32,000 nt of DNA from Candidatus Saccharimonadota bacterium (GTDB lineage: Bacteria > Pseudomonadota > Gammaproteobacteria > Enterobacterales > Enterobacteriaceae): the NCBI GenBank assembly GCA_045690015.1, contig CP145877.1:448827-480826 (forward strand). Reading direction: 5' to 3'. Under the pieces are notes generated by a model. It was not told the origin of the DNA. It worked only from the letters and a program-made list of their open reading frames with translations, and made no database searches. Below, in pieces: positions 1-9,790 of the stretch (the first letter of the stretch is position 1; each line of letters begins with the position of its first letter). A program made the translations under genes and the position numbers.

Positions 1-1740
1 ATTATCAGTGGTTATTTGTATAGACTTTATGGTTGTATCCATAAGCAAAATTTTTACAGCCTTACGACATAATTTTGACAATTGTCGTTCAAGATTACGT
101 ACTCCTGCTTCGTGAGTATAAAAACGAATAATATCTAGAATGGCTTCTTCATCAATAATTATTTCATCCCTTATTAAGGCATTACGTTTAATCTGTTTTG
201 GCAGTAAATAACGATTAGCGATATTTAATTTTTCGTTTTCTGTATATCCCGAAATACGAATTACTTCCATACGATCTAGCAAAGGACGAGGAATCTTCAT
301 AGAGTTAGAAGTAGCAATAAACATTACATCCGACAAATCATAATCTACTTCTAGATAATGATCATTAAATGCATGATTTTGTTCAGGATCCAAAACCTCC
401 AGTAAAGCAGCTGCAGGATCTCCTCGAAAATCTGAGGACATTTTATCTATTTCGTCTAGTAAAAATAATGGATTTTTTACACCTATTTTGGCCATTTTCT
501 GAATCAATTTTCCTGGCATTGAACCAATATAGGTACGACGATGTCCTCTTATTTCAGCTTCATCACGTACTCCACCTAAGGCCATACGAACATATCTCCG
601 TCCAGTAGCTTTAGCTATTGATTCTCCGATAGATGTTTTACCTACTCCAGGAGGACCCATAAGACAAAGGATAGGACCTTTATTTTTTTTGCTTCTGCGG
701 TTTTGAACTGCTAGATACTCAATAATTCTTTCTTTGACATTTTCCAAACCAAAATGATCATTGTCCAATGTTTCCTTTGCTTTCTGAAGATTTTTTTTGA
801 TCTTAGTACGAGCATACCAAGGAACTTGAAACATCCAGTCAATATAATTCCTTATTACTGTTGCTTCAGCAGACATTGGAGACATCATTTTTAATTTTTG
901 TATCTCAGTTTCAGTTTTTTCTCGTGCTTCTGGAGGCATTTTAGCATCCACAAGTTTTCTTGTTAAAATTTCATTTTCATCTGGTACCTGTACCTGTACC
1001 TCATCGTTTTCACCTAATTCTTTTTTAATGGCTTTTATTTGCTCATTTAGATAATACTCTCGCTGACTCTTTTCCATTTGTTTTTTCACACGGTTTTGTA
1101 TGCGTTTTTCAATCTTTAATAAGTCCCTTTCTACTTCCATGATTGTCATCAAATATTCCAGTCGTTCATTAACATTTACCATCTCCAGTAACGTCTGCTT
1201 TTCATGGAGTTTTAGAGGTATATGAGCTGCTATTATATCCGCGAGACGCGCCGCATCGTGAAGCTTATCTAATGCGGTTAATATTTCTGGAGGAATTTTT
1301 TTATACAATTGAATATATCCTTCAAATTGATTAACAGTTGCACGTCTCAAGAGTTCCTGTTTTTTTTTATTAACCCGTGGACAAATCAAATATTCTATTT
1401 TTGCCAGAAAAGGTTCTTCACTCTCATTACTAAACTCAGTAATGCGCGCTCTTTTTAAACCTTCAACCAAAACTTTTACTGTACCATCTGATAATTTTAA
1501 GCTTTGTATAATTGAAGCCATGGTTCCAACCATAAAAAGGTCATCAATCCTAGGTTGATCTATTGATGCTTCTTTTTGCGCTACTAACATAACTTTTTTA
1601 CCTTGATTTATTGCAGCTTCAAGGCACTTAATCGATTTTTTACGACCAATAAATAATGGAATCACCATGTGCGGATAAACTACGACGTCACGTAGTGGTA
1701 ACACAGGGATTATAATGTGTTCCGAACACTTACGGTTCAT
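1..1740 (-). CDS. lon: ATP-dependent protease Lon, N-terminal 580 codons (the 3' part of the gene lies beyond the window start)
   Basis: The minus-strand frame is open from the ATG (complement of 1738-1740) to position 1. My translation starts MNRKCSEHIIIPVLPLRDVVVYPHMVIPLFIGR and later contains Walker A GPPGVGKTS and LLDEIDK, matching E. coli Lon as I recall it. It lies after clpX as in E. coli. It is missing from the ORF track only because it has no in-window stop. Confidence 0.95.
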   Translation of the reverse strand, partial: MNRKCSEHIIIPVLPLRDVVVYPHMVIPLFIGRKKSIKCLEAAINQGKKVMLVAQKEASIDQPRIDDLFMVGTMASIIQSLKLSDGTVKVLVEGLKRARITEFSNESEEPFLAKIEYLICPRVNKKKQELLRRATVNQFEGYIQLYKKIPPEILTALDKLHDAARLADIIAAHIPLKLHEKQTLLEMVNVNERLEYLMTIMEVERDLLKIEKRIQNRVKKQMEKSQREYYLNEQIKAIKKELGENDEVQVQVPDENEILTRKLVDAKMPPEAREKTETEIQKLKMMSPMSAEATVIRNYIDWMFQVPWYARTKIKKNLQKAKETLDNDHFGLENVKERIIEYLAVQNRRSKKNKGPILCLMGPPGVGKTSIGESIAKATGRRYVRMALGGVRDEAEIRGHRRTYIGSMPGKLIQKMAKIGVKNPLFLLDEIDKMSSDFRGDPAAALLEVLDPEQNHAFNDHYLEVDYDLSDVMFIATSNSMKIPRPLLDRMEVIRISGYTENEKLNIANRYLLPKQIKRNALIRDEIIIDEEAILDIIRFYTHEAGVRNLERQLSKLCRKAVKILLMDTTIKSIQITTDN

Positions 1741-1912
1741 AGAGATCTCTCTTAGTTTATTTTCCCGTTAGTATTTGAGTTATTCAATTATGTATGGGAA
1801 GCATACCTTGTATATATATGATTCATCAATCTCTATTGAATAGAAATAATTCCTTCTTTCTCACCTAAGATAATGAAAAATATATATATACAACTAATTG
1901 ATTATGAATTTT

Positions 1913-3190
1913 TTAGTTGCCAGATGTTTGTTCCGGTGTTTTATAAAGAAGTAGAGGATCAGTTTCTCCCTCAATAACTGATTTATCAATTACAATTTTA
2001 TCAACATTTTTCATAGATGGCAGATCATACATAGTATGAAGTAATACGCTTTCAAGAATAGAACGTAAACCCCGCGCTCCAGTTTTACGTAAAATGGCTT
2101 TTTGGGCAATAGATGCTAAAGCTTCATCACTAAATTCTAAATCTACACCTTCTATATTCAATAGTGTTTGATATTGTTTAATAAGTGCATTTTTTGGTTT
2201 TATTAAAATCTGAATGAGAGCTTCCTCATTTAATTCTCTTAGAGTAGTAACAACCGGAAGACGACCAATAAATTCTGGAATAAGTCCAAACCTAATTAAG
2301 TCTTCTGGTTCTACTTGTTCTAGTAAGTCACTTTCACACGATTTTTGTGCATCTCCTTTAATTACAGCTCCAAAACCAATTCCACAGCTTGAGTTAGCTT
2401 CAACACGTTGAGCAATCATTTTTTCTAACCCTGTAAATGCTCCGCCACAGATGAATAAAATATTAGAAGTATTAACTTGCAAAAATTCCTGTTGCGGATG
2501 CTTACGTCCACCTTGTGGTGGCACAGCTGCCACTGTACCCTCTATTAATTTTAATAAAGCTTGTTGAACTCCTTCCCCAGAGACATCCCTAGTAATAGAG
2601 GGATTATCTGATTTTCTGGAAATTTTATCAATTTCATCAATATAAACAATACCCGATTGTGCTTTTTGAACATCATAATTACATCTTTGTAATAATTTTT
2701 GGATAATATTTTCAACATCCTCACCTACATAACCTGCTTCAGTCAACGTAGTTGCATCTGCAAGAGCAAATGGAACATCCAATACTCGTGCAAGCGTTTC
2801 AGCCAAAAGCGTTTTTCCACTTCCCGTAGGACCAATTAATAATATATTACTTTTACCCAAGCCAATTCCATCAGTAATATTACGATTATTGAATAAACGT
2901 TTATAGTGATTATATACAGCCACTGCTAACACTTTTTTGGTATTTTCATGACCGATTACATAAGAATCTAAATAATGACGAATTTTATGTGGAGTTGGTA
3001 ATACCTTTTTTTTTTTATCGTGCGTTATTTCCTTTATTCCTAAATTAACCATACCATAACATAAATTAATACATTCATCGCAGATATATATAGAAGGTCC
3101 AGCAATCATTTTACGTACTTCATATTGGCTTTTACCGCAAAAAGTACAATACAGCACTTTTTCTGAAGGATTTTTACAATTATCTATCAT
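1913..3190 (-). CDS. clpX: ATP-dependent Clp protease ATP-binding subunit ClpX
   Basis: 425-aa ORF. It has the N-terminal C4 zinc-binding motif (CTFCGK...CDEC), Walker A GPTGSGKT and Walker B YIDEIDK. It is collinear with E. coli ClpX (424 aa). An AAAGAGG-type SD lies about 13 nt upstream. Confidence 0.97.
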   Translation of the reverse strand: MIDNCKNPSEKVLYCTFCGKSQYEVRKMIAGPSIYICDECINLCYGMVNLGIKEITHDKKKKVLPTPHKIRHYLDSYVIGHENTKKVLAVAVYNHYKRLFNNRNITDGIGLGKSNILLIGPTGSGKTLLAETLARVLDVPFALADATTLTEAGYVGEDVENIIQKLLQRCNYDVQKAQSGIVYIDEIDKISRKSDNPSITRDVSGEGVQQALLKLIEGTVAAVPPQGGRKHPQQEFLQVNTSNILFICGGAFTGLEKMIAQRVEANSSCGIGFGAVIKGDAQKSCESDLLEQVEPEDLIRFGLIPEFIGRLPVVTTLRELNEEALIQILIKPKNALIKQYQTLLNIEGVDLEFSDEALASIAQKAILRKTGARGLRSILESVLLHTMYDLPSMKNVDKIVIDKSVIEGETDPLLLYKTPEQTSGN

Positions 3191-3250
3191 TAAATTAATT
3201 AACCTCTTTCATTTTTAATCTGTAATTATCTAGTATTCAATACTCTTATC

Positions 3251-3880
3251 TTACTCACGATTAGTGAGGATTGAATCAACTAAACCATATTCTACTGCTT
3301 CCTTAGCAGATAGAAAATAGTCTCTTTCTGTATCTTTTTCTATTACTTCAAGGGGTTGTGCTGTATGATGAGCCATCAACTGATTCATTCTGCTTTTTAT
3401 TCTTAAAATTTCGCGAGTATGTATTTCTATGTCTGTTGCTTGTCCATAATAAGCACCTAACGGTTGATGAATCATCACGCGCGAATTAGGTAAACAAAAA
3501 CGTTTACCTTTAGTACCTGCTGTAAGTAAAAAGGCGCCCATAGATGCTGCTAATCCTATACAAATAGTACTAATATCTGGTTTAACAAACTGCATGGTAT
3601 CATAAATCGACATTCCTGCAGTAATAATTCCTCCGGGTGAGTTAATATATAAATATATATCTTCATCAGGATTTTCAGCTTCCAAAAATAACAATTGTGC
3701 AACAATCAAATTTGCCATGTAGTCTTCAACATGACCTGTCAAAAAAATTATGCGCTCTTTAAGTAGACGAGAATATATGTCATATGCTCGCTCACCTTTA
3801 GAGTTCTGTTCAATCACCATAGGTACAAACATCATTTTTGATACGCTTAATGGTTCTACACCAGAGCTCTTATATGACAT
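3251..3880 (-). CDS. clpP: ATP-dependent Clp protease proteolytic subunit ClpP
   Basis: 209-aa ORF. The catalytic Ser context [11 protein letters not shown] and His context MIHQPLG are present. A GGGAGA SD lies 8 nt upstream. It keeps the conserved tig-clpP-clpX-lon order. Confidence 0.97.
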   Translation of the reverse strand: MSYKSSGVEPLSVSKMMFVPMVIEQNSKGERAYDIYSRLLKERIIFLTGHVEDYMANLIVAQLLFLEAENPDEDIYLYINSPGGIITAGMSIYDTMQFVKPDISTICIGLAASMGAFLLTAGTKGKRFCLPNSRVMIHQPLGAYYGQATDIEIHTREILRIKSRMNQLMAHHTAQPLEVIEKDTERDYFLSAKEAVEYGLVDSILTNRE

Positions 3881-3926
3881 GATTTTATCTCCCTTTCCGT
3901 ACGTACAGTAGTTTAGCTATAAAAAA

Positions 3927-5195
3927 TCAAATAAAGCATTGTTCATATTCTACTATCATTCTCCTTAAATCCTGAAATGGCATTTTCTGTTCAGTAATTA
4001 CGCACTGCTTCATAATTAGTTCTACTGCCATATCTTCTAATACTGAATTCTTAATACTTTTCATAATTTCATCATTATTACTAAACTTTTTACATGAAGT
4101 AATTTCTAAAGATTTGATTAATTGTTGAAGACGTTGTTCTTCTACTTGAAGTTTATTAATACGGATTACTTCATTCAATAATAAACCTAAACTAACACGG
4201 TTCTTAGCTTTTTTTTCTAAAAGTCTACGTGGAAATAATTTGATTTGTTGTTTAATACTAGATTGTTGAGAAAAATTTTTTAATTCGCTTTCTAAAAGTG
4301 AAATCGGAACTTCAACTTGATTACTACTTAATAATCCATGAAATACCTGTAACTTAATAAAATTATTCACTGTATGTTTAAGTTCTTGTTCCATGGTTTT
4401 TCGGATTTCATCGCGTAATTTTATTATAGATCCTTCAGGTTCTCCTAAATTTTTAATTAATTGTTCATTCATTTCGGGTATTTGACACTCTTCTATTTTT
4501 TTTAGTTGAATATAAAAATTAGTAATTGGTTTTTCATCTCCCTCAGTAAAAATTGATTCCACTATAAAGTTATCCCCCGGATTATGACCAATAATCTTTT
4601 TTTCTAAATCAAAAAACATAGATTCCTGTCCTATAATCCAAATTAGCTGATTAATTTTATCACTTTCATTTTCATCGTTTTCTAAATTTGTTATCTCTAT
4701 AGTTACACGATCCCCAACTTTTACTGGACGAATAACTTCTTTCCAAACGCCTTGTTGTCTACCAAGCTCAAGAAGCATATTATCTACGTCTATTTCATTC
4801 AGTTCAACGAGTGGTTTTTTAACTTGGATAGAATCAAATTCTTTCAATTTAATTTCAGGATAAATTTCAAATTCTATTACATAGGTAAAATCCGAACCTT
4901 CTTTATATTCCCCGGGAATATAGTTCAATTTTCCAACAGGAACCAGGTTGTTTTTATTAATTACTGTCATAACTTTTTGTTGCATAAGATCAGTCAAGAC
5001 CTCATGAAGTATAGACATGCCATAACGTTTTGCTACTATTTCTAGGGGGACCTTACCTTGACGAAATCCATCAATACGAACTTTTTGAGCAAGCTGAGAT
5101 AGTTTAATTTTAACCAGATTTTTAATGTTCTCAGCAGGAATAGTGATGGTTATCCTACGTCCAAGATTATGAGTATTTTCTACTGATACTTGCAT
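3927..5195 (-). CDS. tig: Trigger factor (ribosome-associated chaperone)
   Basis: 422-aa ORF starting MQVSVENTHNLGRRITITIP (E. coli: [20 protein letters not shown]). It carries the ribosome-binding GFRQGKVP motif. A GAGGT SD lies upstream. The central PPIase-like segment is diverged (see findings). Confidence 0.93.
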   Translation of the reverse strand: MQVSVENTHNLGRRITITIPAENIKNLVKIKLSQLAQKVRIDGFRQGKVPLEIVAKRYGMSILHEVLTDLMQQKVMTVINKNNLVPVGKLNYIPGEYKEGSDFTYVIEFEIYPEIKLKEFDSIQVKKPLVELNEIDVDNMLLELGRQQGVWKEVIRPVKVGDRVTIEITNLENDENESDKINQLIWIIGQESMFFDLEKKIIGHNPGDNFIVESIFTEGDEKPITNFYIQLKKIEECQIPEMNEQLIKNLGEPEGSIIKLRDEIRKTMEQELKHTVNNFIKLQVFHGLLSSNQVEVPISLLESELKNFSQQSSIKQQIKLFPRRLLEKKAKNRVSLGLLLNEVIRINKLQVEEQRLQQLIKSLEITSCKKFSNNDEIMKSIKNSVLEDMAVELIMKQCVITEQKMPFQDLRRMIVEYEQCFI

Positions 5196-5456
5196 CTATC
5201 TTATTACCTCAAAATTTTAGATATTCTTTTTGGTTAGTGATGTTTTTAGCTTCAATACCAACCTAATTTTAGGGTTGATTCTATAATATTTTCCAAATAA
5301 TAACGTAATAATGGTAGATGCATAAGAGATAAATAACATAACTATCTATTATGGAGTTAATATTTTAAGATAAATTAACTATATTTACAGTTTTAACACC
5401 TTCCATTAAAATATCAAATAAGATTTGTATGGTATGTATGCAAGGAGAGGTATTAA

Positions 5457-6350
5457 ATGGGACTAAATAAATTTAAACCCGTTTTTAGGAGATTCTACTT
5501 ATTTACTATTATCACTTTATTAAATAGTTGTGACATGGTTTTATTAAATCCCAAAGGACAAATTGGTATAGAGCAACGTACACTAATATTAACAGCGCTG
5601 GGTTTAATGTTACTAGTTGTAATTCCTGCTATAATAATGGCTGTTATATTTCCATTAAAATACCGACATACTAATATCAATGCTAAATATAATCCCAATT
5701 GGTCTCATTCTTATAAAATTGAGGCTATCGTTTGGCTTATTCCTATTTTGATTATTATTTGTCTTGGAATTATAACATGGAGAAGTACTATTTCTTTGGA
5801 ACCAAAAAGAACTATCATTTCTCCTATTGCTCCTTTAAAAATTGAAGTAGTATCAATGGATTGGAAATGGTTATTTATTTATCCACAACAAGGAGTAGCA
5901 TCAGTGAACCAAATAGCTTTTCCAATTAACACACCTATTGAATTTAAAATTACGTCTTATTCGGTCATGAATTCTTTTTTCATTCCTTCTTTAGGCAGTC
6001 AAATATATGCAATGCCGGGTATGCAGACCAAATTAAATCTAATTGCCAATAAACCAGGTACTTATCAGGGAATATCGTCTGCATATAGTGGGAGGGGTTT
6101 TTCTGATATGAAATTTACAGCTGTTGCAACACCGAATGTAGCATCTTTTTATAATTGGATAGCTAAAGCAAAACAAGCACACGCCACCTTGAATATTAAA
6201 TCTTTAGAAAAACTAGCAGTGCCTACTACTAAAAATCCCGTAGAGTTTTTTTCTAGAGTCAAACCGAATTTATTTAATGAGGTTATAAAGAGGTTTAAAT
6301 CTAGCACTTCTTCTGCATCATCAGATAAAGCGCTAGCAGCTATCTCATAG
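5457..6350 (+). CDS. cyoA: Cytochrome bo3 ubiquinol oxidase subunit II
   Basis: 297-aa ORF. It has a lipoprotein-type signal ending LLNSC, followed by [13 protein letters not shown] (E. coli: LLDPKGQIGLEQR), and conserved [13 protein letters not shown] and [19 protein letters not shown] strong AAGGAGAGG SD lies upstream. Confidence 0.95.
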   Translation: MGLNKFKPVFRRFYLFTIITLLNSCDMVLLNPKGQIGIEQRTLILTALGLMLLVVIPAIIMAVIFPLKYRHTNINAKYNPNWSHSYKIEAIVWLIPILIIICLGIITWRSTISLEPKRTIISPIAPLKIEVVSMDWKWLFIYPQQGVASVNQIAFPINTPIEFKITSYSVMNSFFIPSLGSQIYAMPGMQTKLNLIANKPGTYQGISSAYSGRGFSDMKFTAVATPNVASFYNWIAKAKQAHATLNIKSLEKLAVPTTKNPVEFFSRVKPNLFNEVIKRFKSSTSSASSDKALAAIS

Positions 6351-6376
6351 AATATAAATTTAAGGAATTAACTTAT

Positions 6377-8380
6377 ATGTTTGGAAAATTAAAACTCAAT
6401 GCAATTCCATACCATGAACCTATTGTTATGGGGACTCTTTTTACTCTTATCATTATTGGAGTTATTATACTAGCTATAATAACCTATATGGGACAATGGA
6501 AATATTTATGGAATGAGTGGTTAACTTCATTAGATCATAAACGATTAGGAATCATGTATATTATTCTTGGATTAGTCATGATGATTCGTGGTTTTGCTGA
6601 TGCTATTATGATGCGCAGTCAGCAAGCTCTAGCATCAGCCGGACAACATGGATTTTTACCCCCTCATCACTATGATCAGATATTCACTGCTCATGGTGTC
6701 ATTATGATTTTTTTTGTAGCAACACCGTTAATTGTCGGTTTTATGAATTTTGTAGTACCTTTACAAATTGGTGCACGTGATGTTGCTTTTCCTTTTCTCA
6801 ATAATTTAAGTTTTTGGCTTACGGTTGCGGGAGCACTTTTAGTAAATATTTCATTAGCAGTAGGAGAATTTGCTCAGGTAGGATGGGTGGCTTATCCACC
6901 ACTTTCTGGTATTGAGTATAGTCCAGGTGTAGGAGTTGATTATTGGATTTGGAGTTTGCAAATTTCTGGAATTGGTACCCTGCTAACAGGAATTAATTTT
7001 TTCGTTACTATTATGAAAATGCGCGCTCCGGGTATGAGTTTATTTAAAATGCCAGTATTCACATGGACTGCTTTGTGTTCTAACATATTAATTATTATGG
7101 CCTTTCCAATATTAACTGTAACTATTGGATTACTTACTATGGACCGTTATTTAAATACCCATTTTTTTACAAATAATCTAGGTGGTAATATGATGATGTA
7201 TATAAATCTTATTTGGGCATGGGGGCATCCAGAAGTATACATCCTAGTATTACCAGTATTTGGAATTTATTCAGAGATAGTAGCCACTTTCTCCAAAAAA
7301 AGACTTTTCGGTTATACATCTCTCGTTTGGGCGACGATTGTTATTACAATCCTTTCGTTTATTGTATGGTTACACCATTTTTTTACTATGGGAGCAGGAT
7401 CGAATGTTAATGCTTTTTTTGGAATTAGCACAATGATTATTGCTATCCCAACAGGTGTAAAAATTTTTAACTGGTTATTCACTATGTATCAAGGCCGTGT
7501 TCAGTTAACTTCTCCTATGCTTTGGACAATAGGTTTTATTATAATATTTTCCATTGGAGGAATGGCGGGAGTATTATTAGCTATTCCTGGGGCAGATTTT
7601 GTATTACACAATAGTCTTTTTTTAATAGCACATTTTCATAGTGTCATTATCGGTGGAGTAGTTTTTGGATGTTTTGCGGGATTAACTTACTGGTTTCCTA
7701 AAGCTTTTGGATTTACTTTGAATGAAAAGTGGGGTAAACGTTCCTTTTTCTTTTGGTTTATTGGTTTTTTCTTTGCTTTTATGCCATTGTATGTACTAGG
7801 ATTAATGGGAATGACACGTCGTCTAAGTCAAAATATTGATCCTAAATTTCATTCTTTATTAGTTATTGCAGCTTTTGGGACTATAATAATTGCAATTGGC
7901 ATCATCTGTTTTTTAATCCAAATATACACTTCTATTATTGATCGCCATAAAAATCGGGATTTTTCCGGTGATCCTTGGGATGGACGTACTCTAGAATGGT
8001 CAACATCTTCACCTCCTCCTTTTTATAATTTTGCTCTGATACCCGAAATAGAAGAACGGGATGCATTTTGGGAAATGAAACAGAGACATGTTAAATCAAG
8101 ATCTAAAAAAGCAGAAGATTATAAAGACATCCATATGCCGAAAAATAGTAGCGCAGGAATTGTAATTGCTACTTTTAGTCTCTTGTTTGGTTTTTCCATG
8201 GTTTGGTATATATGGTGGTTAGCTGCAATAAGTTTTTTCGGCATAATTATATCTTGGATCATGAAGAGTTTTGATGAAGATACTAATTATTATGTTCCTG
8301 TAAGTAAGATCATAAAGATCGAAAAACAACGTGTTGAAGAACAAAATCAGGTCGGATCTAAAAATGTCAATGAAAATTAA
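6377..8380 (+). CDS. cyoB: Cytochrome bo3 ubiquinol oxidase subunit I
   Basis: 667-aa ORF. The heme-copper oxidase ligand contexts are intact: [29 protein letters not shown] and [11 protein letters not shown]. Confidence 0.97.
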   Translation: MFGKLKLNAIPYHEPIVMGTLFTLIIIGVIILAIITYMGQWKYLWNEWLTSLDHKRLGIMYIILGLVMMIRGFADAIMMRSQQALASAGQHGFLPPHHYDQIFTAHGVIMIFFVATPLIVGFMNFVVPLQIGARDVAFPFLNNLSFWLTVAGALLVNISLAVGEFAQVGWVAYPPLSGIEYSPGVGVDYWIWSLQISGIGTLLTGINFFVTIMKMRAPGMSLFKMPVFTWTALCSNILIIMAFPILTVTIGLLTMDRYLNTHFFTNNLGGNMMMYINLIWAWGHPEVYILVLPVFGIYSEIVATFSKKRLFGYTSLVWATIVITILSFIVWLHHFFTMGAGSNVNAFFGISTMIIAIPTGVKIFNWLFTMYQGRVQLTSPMLWTIGFIIIFSIGGMAGVLLAIPGADFVLHNSLFLIAHFHSVIIGGVVFGCFAGLTYWFPKAFGFTLNEKWGKRSFFFWFIGFFFAFMPLYVLGLMGMTRRLSQNIDPKFHSLLVIAAFGTIIIAIGIICFLIQIYTSIIDRHKNRDFSGDPWDGRTLEWSTSSPPPFYNFALIPEIEERDAFWEMKQRHVKSRSKKAEDYKDIHMPKNSSAGIVIATFSLLFGFSMVWYIWWLAAISFFGIIISWIMKSFDEDTNYYVPVSKIIKIEKQRVEEQNQVGSKNVNEN

Positions 8381-8960
8381 TGACCTCCAGATAACGGTGG
8401 ATTCTAAAAAAATTTTTGGTTTTTGGATATACTTAATGAGCGATTGTATTATTTTTGCTTGTCTATTTGCTACTTATGCAGTGATGGTGAATGGGACAGC
8501 TGATGGTCCTATAGGAAAGGAAATTTTTTATCTGCCATTTGTATTAGCAGAAACGACGTTTTTGCTTTTTAGTTCAGTAACTTATGGTATGGCAATGATT
8601 GCAATTAAAAATTGTGATAAGAAGAAGCCATATGAAGTATTCATTTGGTTATTATTAACTTTTATTTTAGGATGCATGTTTGTCGGTATGGAATTTAAAG
8701 AATTTTCTAATTTAATTAGTGATAACTATGGACCGAATCGAAGTGGTTTTTTATCTGGTTTTTTTACGTTAGTAGGTACACATGGTATACATGTAATATC
8801 AGGATTATTTTGGATGATAGTTTTAATGTATCAGATACTTATGAGGGGTATTACTGACACTATTATAACGAAAATGGCTTGCTTGAGCTTATTTTGGCAC
8901 TTCTTGGATGTGATATGGATATGCGTATTCACCATAGTATATTTACTGGGAGCTCTGTAA
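8364..8960 (+). CDS. cyoC: Cytochrome bo3 ubiquinol oxidase subunit III
   Basis: The track ORF begins at a GTG at 8331. Alignment to E. coli CyoC ([14 protein letters not shown].., [17 protein letters not shown]) favours the ATG at 8364, which overlaps the cyoB stop by 17 nt. The exact start is uncertain. Confidence 0.92.
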   Translation: MSMKINDLQITVDSKKIFGFWIYLMSDCIIFACLFATYAVMVNGTADGPIGKEIFYLPFVLAETTFLLFSSVTYGMAMIAIKNCDKKKPYEVFIWLLLTFILGCMFVGMEFKEFSNLISDNYGPNRSGFLSGFFTLVGTHGIHVISGLFWMIVLMYQILMRGITDTIITKMACLSLFWHFLDVIWICVFTIVYLLGAL

Positions 8961-9283
8961 TGAAATCTAATATTTATTATTTAAATAAATATCATATAAA
9001 GACATACTTAATTGGTTTGATTATATCAATAATACTGACAGTTATTCCTTTCGGGCTAGTAATAAATAGAAATATTTTACCTTATACTCCAGTTTTAATC
9101 CTAGTACTTAGTTGTGCTATACTTCAAATTATTATCCATTTAAGATACTTCTTGCATATAGATTTTTCTAGAGAAGAACGTTGGAATCTGTTAACTTTAA
9201 TTTTTAGCATGATTATAATTGCAATATTTGTGATAGGATCCTTATGGATTATGTGGAATCTTAACTATAATATGACATATTAA
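8960..9283 (+). CDS. cyoD: Cytochrome bo3 ubiquinol oxidase subunit IV
   Basis: The track ORF starts at 8879, inside cyoC. Homology (KTYLIGLIISIILTVIPF, GSLWIMWNLNYNM) fits the ATG at 8960 in a TAATG stop/start overlap with cyoC, giving 107 aa (E. coli 109 aa). Confidence 0.9.
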   Translation: MKSNIYYLNKYHIKTYLIGLIISIILTVIPFGLVINRNILPYTPVLILVLSCAILQIIIHLRYFLHIDFSREERWNLLTLIFSMIIIAIFVIGSLWIMWNLNYNMTY

Positions 9284-9440
9284 GTTTTTACTTAAATGAA
9301 AAAAACCGTAACTTTTAAAATAACGGTATAAATCTCAATTTTTATATTTGTAATTAACTATTTTAAATGGAACCTTACTCTTTAAAATAAAAAAAATTTT
9401 GTGATTTTAAAAAATTTTTCATGTTCATTCGGTTGAATTA

Positions 9441-9449
9441 TGATATACT
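9441..9449 (+). promoter_or_regulatory. Candidate extended -10 promoter element (TGaTATACT) for cspE
   Basis: TG-n-TATACT lies at 9441-9449, about 80 nt upstream of the cspE ATG. It is preceded by long A- and T-tracts (9387-9420) at an UP-element-like distance. No good -35 is present. Such motifs arise easily by chance in AT-rich DNA. Confidence 0.3.
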
Positions 9450-9464
9450 GAATCAAACACAATG

Positions 9465-9481
9465 CAGTTGCTTAGCAACTG
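9465..9481 (+). promoter_or_regulatory. Small stem-loop in the putative cspE 5' leader
   Basis: CAGTTGC-TTA-GCAACTG is a perfect 7-bp stem with a 3-nt loop. It sits between the candidate -10 and the cspE start. Csp mRNAs typically have structured leaders. The function here is unproven. Confidence 0.25.
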
Positions 9482-9527
9482 AAATAGTGTAGATGTCTAT
9501 CTATTTTAAATTAAAAAGGTAATATTG

Positions 9528-9740
9528 ATGTCCAAGATTAAAGGTAACGTTAAATGGTTTAATGAATCTAAAGGATTCGGTTTCATTACTCCGGAAGATG
9601 GTAGTAAAGATGTATTTGTTCATTTTTCTGCTATCCAGAGCAATGGATTTAAAACTCTGGCTGAAGGACAGCGTGTAGAGTTTGAAATTACTAATGGCGC
9701 TAAAGGCCCTTCTGCTGCTAACGTTATCCTTGTAAGTTAG
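9528..9740 (+). CDS. cspE: Cold-shock-domain RNA chaperone CspE
   Basis: 70 aa from the ATG at 9528 (the track starts 1 codon earlier, at a TTG). [67 protein letters not shown] is almost identical to E. coli CspE as I recall it, and the RNP1 and RNP2 motifs are present. Confidence 0.95.
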   Translation: MSKIKGNVKWFNESKGFGFITPEDGSKDVFVHFSAIQSNGFKTLAEGQRVEFEITNGAKGPSAANVILVS

Positions 9741-9751
9741 TTAACAGTCAG

Positions 9752-9787
9752 AATTAGAAACCCGTCTATCATGTCGGGTTTCTAATT
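9752..9787. terminator. Bidirectional intrinsic terminator between convergent cspE and lipA
   Basis: A perfect 13-bp inverted repeat, AATTAGAAACCCG (9752-9764) and CGGGTTTCTAATT (9775-9787), flanks a 10-nt loop. The stem has a GC core flanked by A/T on both sides. It sits exactly between the cspE stop (9740) and the lipA stop (9791). Confidence 0.8.
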
Positions 9788-9790
9788 AAG

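Noticed and set aside
1790-1798. CCCATACAT on the minus strand, 50 nt upstream of the lon ATG, resembles a sigma32 -10 element (CCCCATNT). E. coli lon is heat-shock regulated.
   Set aside because: No CTTGAA-like -35 lies 13-15 nt upstream; that region is a TA repeat. A single partial hexamer is not sufficient evidence.
5260-5278. An imperfect inverted repeat, CAACCTAATTTTAGGGTTG, lies in the divergent tig/cyoA promoter region.
   Set aside because: It has only 5 clean base pairs and needs a bulge. There is no supporting motif or positional logic.
9305-9327. A weak hairpin, ACCGT..(13 nt)..ACGGT, lies 20 nt after the cyoD stop and could terminate the cyo operon.
   Set aside because: The stem has only 5 bp and no adjacent U-tract, so it is not distinguishable from chance. 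It is mentioned only as the sole candidate in that spacer.
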